Below are positions 1 to 9,919 of a DNA stretch of 64,000 bases, in pieces. The stretch is taken from positions 15,801 to 79,800 of the forward strand of contig SVSL01000001.1 of NCBI GenBank assembly GCA_015064315.1, written 5' to 3'. The stretch's first letter is position 1. Each line of letters starts with the position of its first letter. Under the pieces are notes generated by a model, which was not told where the DNA came from, made no database searches, and saw nothing but the letters and a program-made list of their open reading frames with translations. The position numbers were made by a program, and so were the translations under genes. The stretch comes from Oscillospiraceae bacterium (GTDB lineage Bacteria; Bacillota; Clostridia; Oscillospirales; CAG-272).

Positions 1-1069
1 AAGGAACGGGAGCCTTGCCGCCTTCCTTGATAGCATCCAGGAAGGTACGGATCTTCAGATCGAAGAGTCCTTCCTTCATATTGATGATCGGGATCTCGGT
101 CTCGGTCTGCTGTCCGCAAACTTCCTTATACAGGATCATGGGACCGCCAACGGAGCCGTTCCAGCATCCGGTGGAAGGAATTCTGAGGCCACCCTTGGTA
201 CCAAGGATGATGGTATCGCCGGGAGTGTTGATGTTCATAGCCCATGCAATACGGAAGTCGAGGATGATGCCACCCTCCAGACGAACGAATGCAGCAGCGA
301 AATCATCTACGCCAAACTTCTCAGCGTACTCGGGATGACCGGTCTTTACGTAGTTGCAGTAGTTGGGATCGGTACCGAAGAAATTAGAGGTGTAGCCGGT
401 AACGGTCAGGGGCTTGGGATAGCCGATAGCGTTGAGTACCATATCCAGGGAGTAGCATCCGATATCGCCCAGTGCGCCGATACCGCCGGTGTCCTTCTCA
501 ATGAAGGTGGTGCCGTAAGGCGTGGGAATACCGCGCTGACGTCCGCCGCCGGTCTGGATGTAGTAGATCTGACCCAGCTCGCCGCTCTCGCAGATCTTCT
601 TGATCATCTTCATGTTGGCGTCCATTCTGGGCTGGAAGCCGATGGACAGGAGCTTGCCGCTCTCCTTCTCTGCCTTGCAAACGGCAACAGCCTCGTCAAG
701 GGTTACGGTGAAGGGCTTCTCAAGCAGTACGTTCAGACCGTTCTCCAGCGCATAGATTGCGGGAGCAGCGTGCTGACGGTTGTAGGTACAAATGGTAACG
801 GCATCAAGGTTCAGGCTCTTGTCGTCGATCATTTCCTTGTGGGATGCATAGTCGGTCTTTACACCCTCAACGCCAAACTTTTCAAAGAAAGCCTTAGCCT
901 TGCCGGGGATAATGTCCGCGCCTGCAACGATCTCAACGTCGGGCTGCTTCAAAAAAGACTTGATGTGAGACTCGGCGATCCAGCCGGTTCCGATAAAACC
1001 GATTCTCAGCTTCTTGCTGGCGTCAACGGTTTTTACCTCTTGGTTTTCCATAAAATCATTCAATCCCAT
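1..1069 (-). CDS. Gfo/Idh/MocA family NAD(P)-dependent oxidoreductase (3' end runs off the left edge)
   Basis: The ORF is open at the window edge, so it is absent from the ORF track. Reverse translation from ATG 1069 (AGGAGG about 10 nt upstream) reads MGLNDFMENQEVKTVDASKKLRIGFIGTGWIAESHIKSF...NVLLEKPF... The N-terminal Rossmann motif and the EKP motif are typical of the family. The listed + ORFs 15..338 and 335..1087 are its antisense. Confidence 0.8.
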   Translation of the reverse strand, partial: MGLNDFMENQEVKTVDASKKLRIGFIGTGWIAESHIKSFLKQPDVEIVAGADIIPGKAKAFFEKFGVEGVKTDYASHKEMIDDKSLNLDAVTICTYNRQHAAPAIYALENGLNVLLEKPFTVTLDEAVAVCKAEKESGKLLSIGFQPRMDANMKMIKKICESGELGQIYYIQTGGGRQRGIPTPYGTTFIEKDTGGIGALGDIGCYSLDMVLNAIGYPKPLTVTGYTSNFFGTDPNYCNYVKTGHPEYAEKFGVDDFAAAFVRLEGGIILDFRIAWAMNINTPGDTIILGTKGGLRIPSTGCWNGSVGGPMILYKEVCGQQTETEIPIINMKEGLFDLKIRTFLDAIKEGGKAPVP

Positions 1070-1092
1070 GATAATAAAACCTCCTAAAAATT

Positions 1093-1902
1093 TTATTTGT
1101 TAATGGTTTTTACGTAGTCAATGCTCTTCTTGGCGGATTCGAGAGGCGTCAGACCCATGGAGGGCTTATCCTGCTCAACAACGACCCAAAGAGCGCCGGC
1201 ATCCTTAGAAGCTGCCAGAATTGCGGGGAAATCCTGCTTGCCCGATCCTACGGGACGGAACTCAAAGCCCTCAGGACGAACGGGCTTGGTCTCAATACCG
1301 ATGAGCTCATACATATTCTCAGACTTTTCACCCCAGAAATCCTTGAGGTGAACCACAGGAGCGCGACCGGTGTACTTGCGAACGTACTCGGCGGGAACTA
1401 CGCCGCCAACGTTTGCCCAGCAGGTATCGATCTCGGTCTGCAAAAGCGATGCGGGAACAGTATCGTAAATAATATCCAAAGCATACTTGCCGTTAATGGT
1501 GGTATACTCAAAATCGTGATTGTGATAAAGAAGGGTCATACCGTTGGCATTTGCAGCCTCACCAAACTTGCTGAGATTTGCAACCATCTCGTCAAACTTG
1601 GGAGCGCCGGGACGGTATTCCTCGGTCAGATAAGGAACAACGATGTATTTGCATCCAAGCTTGGCATAATCAGCAAACACAGCGGGATTCTCCTCCATAT
1701 CCTTGTAAGGAACGTGAGCGGAAACAGCCTCCAGACCAATATCCCCAAGCATTTCCTTGATTTCTTCAACCTTGTGGTTGTGCAAGCCGGCAAATTCAAC
1801 GCCGTCATAGCCCATTTCTTTGATCTTTTTCAGAGTGCCGTAAAGATTTTCCTTGCATTCTTCTCTTACGGTAAAGAGCTGCAGAGCAACAGGAAAGGAC
1901 AT
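1093..1902 (-). CDS. sugar phosphate isomerase/epimerase (xylose-isomerase-like TIM barrel)
   Basis: ORF 1093..1965. The internal ATG at 1902 is preceded by AAAGGAGAA and is the likely start (MSFPVALQLFTVRE...). GYDGVEF, YHNHDFE and VVVEQD are family-typical. It is adjacent to a Gfo/Idh/MocA oxidoreductase, a common pairing. Confidence 0.75.
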   Translation of the reverse strand: MSFPVALQLFTVREECKENLYGTLKKIKEMGYDGVEFAGLHNHKVEEIKEMLGDIGLEAVSAHVPYKDMEENPAVFADYAKLGCKYIVVPYLTEEYRPGAPKFDEMVANLSKFGEAANANGMTLLYHNHDFEYTTINGKYALDIIYDTVPASLLQTEIDTCWANVGGVVPAEYVRKYTGRAPVVHLKDFWGEKSENMYELIGIETKPVRPEGFEFRPVGSGKQDFPAILAASKDAGALWVVVEQDKPSMGLTPLESAKKSIDYVKTINK

Positions 1903-1997
1903 TTTTTGTTCTCCTTTTACTAAAACAGATTGAAGCAATATACTTCTAACATTATTATAGGACAATTACTGCTTCAATTCAAGACACTTGTGGTTGT

Positions 1998-2522
1998 TTA
2001 CAAGACAAATATTGCTTTTTGATGTGCCAAAATTCGATCCATCAGCCCATCATCGGCAGAGATAAGCAGATAGGAGGTGTCTTCCCCCTCCAAAAAGGAG
2101 ATAAGACAGTGATCCGTCGGTTCCATTTGTGCCTGATAGCAATAGACTCTGCCCTTTCCCGTCTTTTTCAGAAGTGCCTTTCGATTCGCCCTTGTGATCC
2201 GCTCCGCAGACTGCACGTCGGACACTGCTATGCGGCATACCGTTCGCATTCTTTTTCCGGTCTTTTCCACGATCACAAGCTCCTCGGCGTCTCCGTAAGT
2301 CGATTCCTCCAATCGGTAGGAGAAGGATTTCACCAGATAACGCGAAACAAGATAAATGCAAGCGCCAAAGCCGGCAACCGAAAGCAATTGAAGCACCCAC
2401 GGAACGGGGAGCCCCGGAAAATACGCCGCGGCAAAGAACAGCACGGCAAGGCTGAAAAAGAACGCCGTGAGAAGCTTTTCCTTGCGTTTTTCGGGAGTGG
2501 GATGATATTCGTAAGGGGTCAT
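1998..2522 (-). CDS. hypothetical membrane protein, translationally coupled to gatB
   Basis: 174-aa ORF whose ATG overlaps the gatB stop (ATGA at 2519-2522). Two hydrophobic helices lie near the N-terminus (LLTAFFFSLAVLFFAAAYF, WVLQLLSVAGFGACIYLV), followed by a ~100-aa soluble part. No family recognised. Confidence 0.6.
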   Translation of the reverse strand: MTPYEYHPTPEKRKEKLLTAFFFSLAVLFFAAAYFPGLPVPWVLQLLSVAGFGACIYLVSRYLVKSFSYRLEESTYGDAEELVIVEKTGKRMRTVCRIAVSDVQSAERITRANRKALLKKTGKGRVYCYQAQMEPTDHCLISFLEGEDTSYLLISADDGLMDRILAHQKAIFVL

Positions 2523-3973
2523 GATTCAAGATTCTCCTTTCCGTTTTTGAGCGCCTCCAAGGAAGCCGTCAAAAGCTCTTCGGCAAGAACGGGATCGGCT
2601 CTTCCGCCGCTCTCCGCCATAATTTTTCCTTGCAGAGAACGCATTGCCGCATATCTTCCATGGAGCCAATCCTTCACTGCCTGCGGCATTTTTTGCATGG
2701 CGTTTTCCACCAGCAGCTGCAGTTGATCCGTATCGCGGATCTGCGCCAAGCCCTCCTTTGCAACGGTGTCGGCAGGCGAAAAATCATCCTTGATCAACCG
2801 CGACAAAAGCTTTTTTGCGGTGGCACTGTTGATCTCTCCCTCGCCCAAAAGCTCGGCAAGCTCCGCAAGTCTTGTCCAGGAAACGGGAGAGGAAAAGGGC
2901 TCGGAGGCGCAATGGGGCAAAAGCTCGGTCAAAAGCAGATTCAAGGCAATTTGAGGGAATCTCGTTTTTGCGGCGGCTGCCTCAAAAAAGTCTGATAACA
3001 AAAGCTCCGCCGAAAGGATCTCGGCATCCTTTTGCCGAATGCCGTAGGTCTCTGTCAAGCGTGTGATCTGGGCAGCTGGCAATTCGGGAAGTGTATCGGC
3101 AATTCTTTCGATCTCCTCCTCCGAAAGCCTGATGGCAAGCAGATCGGGCTCGGGAAGATAGCGATAATCCTCAGCGCTTTCCTTGGTTCGCATCAGCTCG
3201 GTAACGCCCTTTACGGAATCAAACCGACGGGTCTCCATGCAAATCTCTTCTCCACGCCTCAAAAGCTCTGTTTGACGGGTAATTTCATAATGGATCGCCT
3301 TTTCCACAAAGGCGAAGGAATTGATGTTTTTGATCTCCACGCGTGTTCCAAACGCCTCGCTTCCCATCTCTCGCAGAGAAATATTCACGTCACAACGCAA
3401 GGATCCCTCCTGCATTTTGCAATCCGAAACACCGCATCGAGAAAGGATGGCGCGAAGTGCTTTGAGATATGCCGCAGCCTCAGCCCCCGAACGCAGGTCG
3501 GGCTTGGAAACGATTTCGATCAAGGGAACGCCGCAGCGGTTGAAATCGATGCGAGTCTCATTCCCCGCATGGATCAGCTTGCCCGCATCCTCCTCAATAT
3601 GGATGCGCGCAATCCCGATCTCGCGCGAAAATCCGTCCATAGAAACGGTAAGTCTTCCGTTTTTGCAAAGGGGAATCTCATTTTGCGAGATCTGATACGC
3701 CTTGGGAAGATCGGGATAGAAATAGTGCTTTCGGTCGGTGCGACTCTGCCGTGCGATCTCACAATTCAAGGCAAGCCCTGCCCGAATTGCCAGCTCCACG
3801 GCGTGTCGGTTGAGAATGGGAAGGGTTCCCGGATGCCCCATACAAACGGGACAGCATTGGGTATTTTGGGGGGCGCCAAAGGTGGTGGGACAGGCGCAAA
3901 AGATCTTGGACGCGGTTTTCAGCTCGGCATGAACCTCCAAGCCGATGATCGCTTCGTATGAAATCTCACTCAT
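2519..3973 (-). CDS. gatB: Asp/Glu-tRNA(Asn/Gln) amidotransferase subunit B
   Basis: MSEISYEAIIGLEVHAELKT...CPVCMGHPGTLP... is typical GatB. ATG 3973 was chosen over the ORF-track start at 4021. It overlaps the gatA stop by 8 nt, and the gene order is gatC-gatA-gatB. Confidence 0.9.
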   Translation of the reverse strand: MSEISYEAIIGLEVHAELKTASKIFCACPTTFGAPQNTQCCPVCMGHPGTLPILNRHAVELAIRAGLALNCEIARQSRTDRKHYFYPDLPKAYQISQNEIPLCKNGRLTVSMDGFSREIGIARIHIEEDAGKLIHAGNETRIDFNRCGVPLIEIVSKPDLRSGAEAAAYLKALRAILSRCGVSDCKMQEGSLRCDVNISLREMGSEAFGTRVEIKNINSFAFVEKAIHYEITRQTELLRRGEEICMETRRFDSVKGVTELMRTKESAEDYRYLPEPDLLAIRLSEEEIERIADTLPELPAAQITRLTETYGIRQKDAEILSAELLLSDFFEAAAAKTRFPQIALNLLLTELLPHCASEPFSSPVSWTRLAELAELLGEGEINSATAKKLLSRLIKDDFSPADTVAKEGLAQIRDTDQLQLLVENAMQKMPQAVKDWLHGRYAAMRSLQGKIMAESGGRADPVLAEELLTASLEALKNGKENLES

Positions 3974-5393
3974 GGCTTGCCTCCTCCAAAATTCTCGCCG
4001 CCGCAAGCAAAAGCGCCTCACGGCAAGGGGCGGCAGTCAGTTGAATACCAAGGGGCGTTCCGTAGGCACTTGTTCCAAAGGGAACCGAAAGAGCAGGATT
4101 GCCCGCAAGATTGGCATAAACCGCACAAAGATCGGCTTCCCTTCTTTCGGCAGGCGTCTGCTTGGAACCTCTTGGGAAGGCCCCCGTGGGCGAGGTGGGA
4201 TTGAGGATCAGGTCAAAGGAGGAAAAAATCTCCTCCATCCGCTCTCTGATCTGATTTCTCGCGTAAGCAGCACGCTCCAGATAGATCTTGCGGCGTTCCT
4301 CAGTCAGCATACAGGTGCCGAAAAGAATACGGCGCTTGACCTCCATACCAAAGCCCTCCCCACGGCTGTTGGCGTAAAGATCGAACAGCGTATCGGCGTT
4401 TTTGCTTCTTCTTCCGTATCGGATGCCGTCGAATCTTGCTAAGTTTGAGGATGCCTCCACGGCGGAAAGCACACAGTATGCCGCAAGCGCGATCTGTGGC
4501 GACGGAAGGCTGATGGTTTGGATCTCGGCACCTTGCTTTGAAAAAGCATGGATTGCCCTTTGCACCGAAACACGAACCTCCTCCGAAACGCCTTCCCCCT
4601 CCAAAAGCTCTTTTACAACCGCGATCCGCAAGGGGTGGCGTAAAAGAGGCGTTTGCTGTGGATAATCCAGCGTGGTGGCATCGTGCGGATCCTTTCCCAC
4701 AAGCGCCGAAAAAACGGTCTCTGCGTCCGCGGCGTTTCGCGTCAGCAAGCCCACACAGTCAAAGGAGGGGGCAAAGCCGATAAGTCCATAGCGTGAAATG
4801 GCTCCGTAGGTCGGCTTGAGTCCGACCACACCGCAGAAGGCGGCGGGCTGGCGCACCGATCCTCCCGTATCACTTCCAAGGGCAAATGGCACCTCCAATG
4901 CCGCAACGGCGGCGGCAGATCCGCTTGACGAGCCTCCCGAAACCAGCGCGGGATGCAAGGGGTTAGCGGTTGCGCCAAAGATCGAAAGCTCTCCCGTAGA
5001 CCCCATGGCAAACTCGTCCATATTCAATTTTCCCAGTAAAACCGCGCCGCTCTCACGAAGGCGTGATACCGCAGTGGCATCATAGGGCGCGATATAATTT
5101 TCCAAAATTCTCGATGCGCAGGTAGTGCGCATTCCCTTTACACAGAGGTTATCCTTCACGGCATAGGGGATGCCGTCAAGCTGGCTCAACGCTGCTCCTC
5201 TGCGGCGTCTTTCGTCCGATGCCCAAGCCGCCTCCAATGCGCCCTTTGCATCGATCCATACAAATGCATTGACAGAAGCGTCATTCTCCGCAATGCGCTC
5301 AAGATAGGCATTGGTTAAGTCAACGGAGGAATATTCCCCTGCCTGCAATGCATTGATATGCTCCTGTAACGTGTATTCGATCAGCTTCTTCAT
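3966..5393 (-). CDS. gatA: Asp/Glu-tRNA(Asn/Gln) amidotransferase subunit A
   Basis: 475 aa with an amidase signature (GGSSSGSAAAVAA, GSDTGGSVRQPA). Flanked by gatC and gatB. Confidence 0.93.
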   Translation of the reverse strand: MKKLIEYTLQEHINALQAGEYSSVDLTNAYLERIAENDASVNAFVWIDAKGALEAAWASDERRRRGAALSQLDGIPYAVKDNLCVKGMRTTCASRILENYIAPYDATAVSRLRESGAVLLGKLNMDEFAMGSTGELSIFGATANPLHPALVSGGSSSGSAAAVAALEVPFALGSDTGGSVRQPAAFCGVVGLKPTYGAISRYGLIGFAPSFDCVGLLTRNAADAETVFSALVGKDPHDATTLDYPQQTPLLRHPLRIAVVKELLEGEGVSEEVRVSVQRAIHAFSKQGAEIQTISLPSPQIALAAYCVLSAVEASSNLARFDGIRYGRRSKNADTLFDLYANSRGEGFGMEVKRRILFGTCMLTEERRKIYLERAAYARNQIRERMEEIFSSFDLILNPTSPTGAFPRGSKQTPAERREADLCAVYANLAGNPALSVPFGTSAYGTPLGIQLTAAPCREALLLAAARILEEASHE

Positions 5394-5653
5394 CAGGTCT
5401 TCTCCATAACGGGAGGAACCGAAAAATCCTTCCCTGTATCCATCCGAGCACCGGCGACAACGACAACGTCCTCACGCAGCTCTGCCAGCGTGGCGACTCT
5501 TTCCGAGGAACCGTCAACCTGCGGAAGCAATTCCAGCACCGCGGACATTTCCAAAAGCGCGTTCAGATCGCGGCAAAGAATCTCGGTCTCGGATTGGTCA
5601 AAACTTACACGGGCAACCCTGCCCAATTCCTTGATTTCTTGGTTTGAAAGCAT
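5393..5653 (-). CDS. gatC: Asp/Glu-tRNA(Asn/Gln) amidotransferase subunit C
   Basis: 86-aa ORF immediately upstream of gatA, with a 1-nt stop/start overlap. Size and position fit GatC. Confidence 0.85.
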   Translation of the reverse strand: MLSNQEIKELGRVARVSFDQSETEILCRDLNALLEMSAVLELLPQVDGSSERVATLAELREDVVVVAGARMDTGKDFSVPPVMEKT

Positions 5654-5670
5654 TTTGATTCTATCCTTTT

Positions 5671-7065
5671 TTATTTTCCGACACAGAACTTGGAAAAGAT
5701 CTGCGCCACGATATCCTCGGAGACTGCACGTCCGTCGATCTCGGAGAGGGACGACATTGCCTCCTCGGCATCAATACAGCAAAGATCGATGGACGCCCCC
5801 GCCTCCAGTGCGAAGATCGCGCGGCGGACAGCCTCCAGTGCCTTGGTAGCGGCAGAATGCTGACGGGCATTGGTCAGGATCGCATCGTGACGAATGTCGA
5901 TCTCTCCCGCCGTAAACAGCCTCTCGGCAAGCGCGGTCAGCGCGTCCATTCCCACGCCGCTCTTGGCAGAAATTGAAACCGAATGGGCAAAGGCATTTTT
6001 ATAAAATTCATCCACCTCTTCCGTAACGGCGTCGGTCTTATTCAAAACTGCGATTACGGTGGCATCGCTTCCTTGCAGGCGCGAAACGAGAGCGCGATCC
6101 TCCTCGTCGGGAATGCGGCTCACGTCGAAGACGGCAAGGATCAATTCGGCATCCTCCAGCGCTCTTTCGGCTTTTTCGATACCAATACGCTCCACGGGAT
6201 TTTCGGTATCTCGCAATCCGGCGGTATCAAAAAGTCTCAGGGTTACACGTCCCAAGGATGCGCTCTCGGTCAGCACGTCACGGGTGGTACCCTCAATATC
6301 GGTAACAATGGCGGCTTCCCTGCCCAAAATGCGATTGTAAAGCGAGCTTTTGCCCGCGTTGGGTCTGCCGCAGATGACGGTGGCAATGCCCTCGGCAATG
6401 GCGTGTCCCGTATGGTAGCTGCCGGAAAGCTTGAAAATCGCCTTTTCACACGCTCTCAGCGATACAAGGATCTCCTCACGGCTCATATCCGCCAGATCCT
6501 CGTCCGGATAGTCGATAACGGCGTAGATGCTTGCCAGCACGTCGCGGATGGCGTTATAGATCTCTTCGCAGGCACCTTCTACCTTTCCTCCCATACCGGC
6601 GTATGCCAACGTCAGCTGCTCCTCGGTACGAGCCTCCAGAATATTGCCCAAAGCCTCAGCAGAGGAAAGGCCCATTTTGCCATTGAGGAACGCCCGACGG
6701 GTAAATTCTCCCGCCTCGGCAGGTCTTGCTCCCGCGGCGAACAAAGCGGTAAGCACCTTCTGCGTCAGCAAAACGCCGCCGTGACAACAGATCTCCACCG
6801 TATCCTCCCCCGTAAAAGATGCGGGACAAGGAAAATAGGTAGCGATGCCGTCATCAATGGCGCTCCATGCTCCGTCTGCGTCGGGAGCACAGATGCTGCC
6901 GTAAACAGCTGTTCGGGGAGTGATCTCCCCAAGCTTTTTTTGATTTTTAGGAAGAAAAACGCGCTCACAAACAGAGAGTGCCCGATCTCCCGAAACACGC
7001 AGAAGTGCCACGCCGCCCTTGCCGTAGGGTGTGCTGACTGCCGCAACGGTATCACCAAGTATCAT
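5671..7065 (-). CDS. mnmE: tRNA uridine-5-carboxymethylaminomethyl modification GTPase MnmE
   Basis: MILGDTVAAVSTPYGKGGVALLRVSG start. G-domain motifs GRPNAGKSSL, DTAG and NKTD are present, as is the C-terminal FCVGK. ATG 7065 has an AAAGGA RBS, whereas the ORF-track start at 7083 is TTG. Confidence 0.9.
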   Translation of the reverse strand: MILGDTVAAVSTPYGKGGVALLRVSGDRALSVCERVFLPKNQKKLGEITPRTAVYGSICAPDADGAWSAIDDGIATYFPCPASFTGEDTVEICCHGGVLLTQKVLTALFAAGARPAEAGEFTRRAFLNGKMGLSSAEALGNILEARTEEQLTLAYAGMGGKVEGACEEIYNAIRDVLASIYAVIDYPDEDLADMSREEILVSLRACEKAIFKLSGSYHTGHAIAEGIATVICGRPNAGKSSLYNRILGREAAIVTDIEGTTRDVLTESASLGRVTLRLFDTAGLRDTENPVERIGIEKAERALEDAELILAVFDVSRIPDEEDRALVSRLQGSDATVIAVLNKTDAVTEEVDEFYKNAFAHSVSISAKSGVGMDALTALAERLFTAGEIDIRHDAILTNARQHSAATKALEAVRRAIFALEAGASIDLCCIDAEEAMSSLSEIDGRAVSEDIVAQIFSKFCVGK

Positions 7066-7174
7066 AACCGAATATCCTTTCAAAAATAAGCGATGGAAGA
7101 CAAAAGGGAGAGTGAAAAACCATTTGAACAGTTTTTCTCTCTCCCCCTTAAAAGATCAATTCTTTAAAAGCCGA

Positions 7175-7825
7175 TCAAGCCTCAGTCTTGGTATCGTCCA
7201 AGAAGATCACGATACGGCGGTTATTCTCCGAGCCAATGGAATTGGTGGAAACACCCTCAATGCCCTGGATCTCAGAGTGAATGATGCGTCTCTCGTAAGG
7301 ATTCATGGGCTCCAGCATAACGCTCTTCTTGCCCTTTACAACCTTAGAAGCCATCTTTCTTGCAAGCTCACGAAGCTTTTGCTCTCTCTTTGCGCGGTAG
7401 CCCTCAATATCAAGGGTGATCTTTACGTACTCCTGCTTCTCGCCCTTTACCTTCTTGTTAGCGGCAAGGTTTGCAAGATACTGCAGAGAATCCATGGTCT
7501 CGCCGTGGTGACCGATGAGGAGACCTGCGCCCTCACCGTCAACGGTGATGAGGGTATCGTCGTTATCGCCATCCTTCATGGCAACGGTCAGATCCAGCTC
7601 CATGTCTTCTACAACCTTACGGATGAAATCCAGCGCAACGCCGGCTCTCTTCACGGTATAAACCGCAGAAATCTTTGCATCGGAGGCACCAATTCCGAGG
7701 AAGCCCTTTTTGCCCTCCTCCAGAACCGTGATCTCCAGCTCCTCAACAGAAACCTCCAGCTCGGCAGCAGCCTTTGCCTTGGCTTCCTCAACAGTCTTTG
7801 CTGTTACAATAATTTCCTTTTTCAC
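7175..7825 (-). CDS. jag: Jag/KhpB-type RNA-binding protein (KH + R3H domains)
   Basis: Lies between yidC and mnmE, as in most Firmicutes. IGHHGETMDSLQYL is KH-like and NPYERRIIH is the R3H motif. GTG 7825 follows a GGAGA RBS, whereas the ORF-track start at 7843 is TTG. Confidence 0.85.
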   Translation of the reverse strand: MKKEIIVTAKTVEEAKAKAAAELEVSVEELEITVLEEGKKGFLGIGASDAKISAVYTVKRAGVALDFIRKVVEDMELDLTVAMKDGDNDDTLITVDGEGAGLLIGHHGETMDSLQYLANLAANKKVKGEKQEYVKITLDIEGYRAKREQKLRELARKMASKVVKGKKSVMLEPMNPYERRIIHSEIQGIEGVSTNSIGSENNRRIVIFLDDTKTEA

Positions 7826-7849
7826 AATCGTTCTCCAATTCAAATTGAT

Positions 7850-9517
7850 TTATTCGTTGGCGGACTTGTCTTCTTTATCCTTTTTGTTTGGATTTTCTTC
7901 CTTTACGGGAGCCGCCTCAAAGGGGGTCTTGGCACTCTTTTGCGCTTCCTTTTCCTGCTCCTCAAGAGCCGCCTTACGCGCCAGAGCGCGCTCACGGGTG
8001 TCTTCAAAATCCTCGTCGTCGATATAATGCAAGGAACGAACCTTGCCTACGTTAGCAGATTTTTTAACAGGACGCTTGCCTGCCATTTCTCTTGCGGCAG
8101 CCTTATAATCCTCCTCGGTGAATTTGGGAAGAGGCATGATGCGAGAGATGATAAACTGTTTTCCAAAGCTTACGATGCTACGGAACATCCAATACACACC
8201 CACCAGCGCGGGAACCATAAAGGTAAAGACGGTGGACATTGCGGGCATGGTGATATCCATCATGGTATTGGAACAAGCAACCTGGCGGTCCTCCATTCCA
8301 CCGTTGGTGATGGGCTGAGAAACCAGCTTGCGATTCAACTTAGAGGTAACAAAGTAGGTGACAAACGTCAAAACAGGGATCAGAAGCAGGATCAGGTTAT
8401 CCCAGCTGGGCGTCAAACCAAGGTTGATGCCGCCAAGACTGAACTGCGGGATCTTATTGGCGACGTCGGAAATGGCTTCAAAGACCTCCTCACCGTTGGT
8501 GAAATACTTGAAATCCTTGAGTCCCTCCAGCACGTCTACGTTGTCACGGATCTTGGAAAGCAATGCGATGGAGCCGTTGCCCGAAACCGTACCGCCAAAG
8601 CCGCCTGCGGCAGCAGAAGTGGAATAATAGGTATTCAGTGCGGCAGAAAGCGTGCTCGCCTTACCCAACACGTAATGCAGGGGGTCGATGATGATGTTAT
8701 AAAGTGCCAGAATGATAGGCATCTGAATGAGGAGAGGCAGACATCCGCTGTAAGGACTGAAATTCTCACGCTGATAGAATTCCTGGATCTCCTGTTGCAT
8801 CTTCTGCATGGTCACCTGGTCGGTACGTCCCTTGTACTTATTGCGAATCGCCATCTCCTTGGGACGCAGAGTTGCCTGGCGAATGGAATGCTTCTGCTGC
8901 TTGATCGCAAAAGGAAGCATTACGATCTCAATAATGATCGCGAAGAGACAGATACCCAACAAATAGCTGTCAAAGCAGACGTAATGAATGAGCAGGTCCA
9001 AGCCCTTACCAATGGCAAGGAGGATGGGGTCAAACATACCGCCCTTGGCTTCAAGATCCACGCTTGCGCTGAACGCGTTGACCAGCGTTTGCAGGTCGTA
9101 TTCGTTCATTTTGGAATAATCCACGGTGATCTTGTTATCCTTCTTCAGCTTTTCGTTTACGGCATCCAGAACCTCCTTGGCATACTCCACGTTAGGACCC
9201 TTGTCCACACTGTAATCGGTGTCGGGGTTGGGGCTCTTAACGTCATCCATGCTATATCCGCGGGATGCTGCAACCAAGAATTCTCTGGAATTGAAATCCT
9301 TTGCGTAGGAATCGCCGATCTTTTCGGCAATCTCGTCCAGCTGATCTGCGGACAGATTGTTAAGATACTCGCCCTCGGCATTCGGATCCTCAATTCTCTT
9401 AACACTACCTGCCTCCAGGGTCGCCTTGGAGCCTCCGCAGCTTCCGAGGATACCGATCAGGATCAAGAGCATCAGAGCAATACAGACTCTTCTGATAAAA
9501 TTCGTTTTCTTGTTCAT
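7850..9517 (-). CDS. yidC: YidC/Oxa1-family membrane insertase, lipoprotein type, unusually long
   Basis: Core YidC motifs are present (MLPFAIKQQKHS, SGCLPLLIQMPIILALY). ATG 9517 gives the lipoprotein signal MNKKTNFIRRVCIALMLLILIGILGSC. The alternative GTG start at 9583 cannot be excluded. Confidence 0.85.
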   Translation of the reverse strand: MNKKTNFIRRVCIALMLLILIGILGSCGGSKATLEAGSVKRIEDPNAEGEYLNNLSADQLDEIAEKIGDSYAKDFNSREFLVAASRGYSMDDVKSPNPDTDYSVDKGPNVEYAKEVLDAVNEKLKKDNKITVDYSKMNEYDLQTLVNAFSASVDLEAKGGMFDPILLAIGKGLDLLIHYVCFDSYLLGICLFAIIIEIVMLPFAIKQQKHSIRQATLRPKEMAIRNKYKGRTDQVTMQKMQQEIQEFYQRENFSPYSGCLPLLIQMPIILALYNIIIDPLHYVLGKASTLSAALNTYYSTSAAAGGFGGTVSGNGSIALLSKIRDNVDVLEGLKDFKYFTNGEEVFEAISDVANKIPQFSLGGINLGLTPSWDNLILLLIPVLTFVTYFVTSKLNRKLVSQPITNGGMEDRQVACSNTMMDITMPAMSTVFTFMVPALVGVYWMFRSIVSFGKQFIISRIMPLPKFTEEDYKAAAREMAGKRPVKKSANVGKVRSLHYIDDEDFEDTRERALARKAALEEQEKEAQKSAKTPFEAAPVKEENPNKKDKEDKSANE

Positions 9518-9598
9518 GCTGTAAAAATAAAACTCCCTTCCAAATATTGGGATCTTGCGCCGTCGTTGCTCGTGTTCCCGCACGGCGCCGCGGTACTT

Positions 9599-9919
9599 TC
9601 ATTGTGCTTCCTTTTCTTCCTCTTTATCCGGCTCCAAGCCATAATCCTCGGGATAAAAATACTTTGTGATGGGGAACGCCCGAAATTTAGGATGTCTGAG
9701 TCCCTTTTCGGGAACCGGATCCCATCCGCCTACGCAGAATGGTTGGCATCGAAAGATGCGGGATACCGTTAGGATCATGCCTACGATAAAGCCGCGCTTT
9801 TGAAACGCCTCCATGGCATACGCTGAGCAGGTTGGAGTGAACCGACAGGTTGGTTGTCGTTTGAGGGGGGAAAGAACCTTTCTGTAAAAGCGGATCAACC
9901 AGACACAAAGGTATTTCAT
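9599..9919 (-). CDS. yidD: membrane protein insertion efficiency factor YidD
   Basis: LIRFYRKVLSPLKRQPTCRFTPTCSAYAMEAFQKRG matches the YidD signature. The start overlaps the rnpA stop (ATGA). Confidence 0.85.
   Translation of the reverse strand: MKYLCVWLIRFYRKVLSPLKRQPTCRFTPTCSAYAMEAFQKRGFIVGMILTVSRIFRCQPFCVGGWDPVPEKGLRHPKFRAFPITKYFYPEDYGLEPDKEEEKEAQ

Noticed and set aside
335-1087. 250-aa + strand ORF at the left edge.
   Set aside because: It is antisense to a clearly recognisable Gfo/Idh/MocA oxidoreductase on the minus strand. That gene has a good RBS and family motifs but was omitted from the track because it is open at the window edge.
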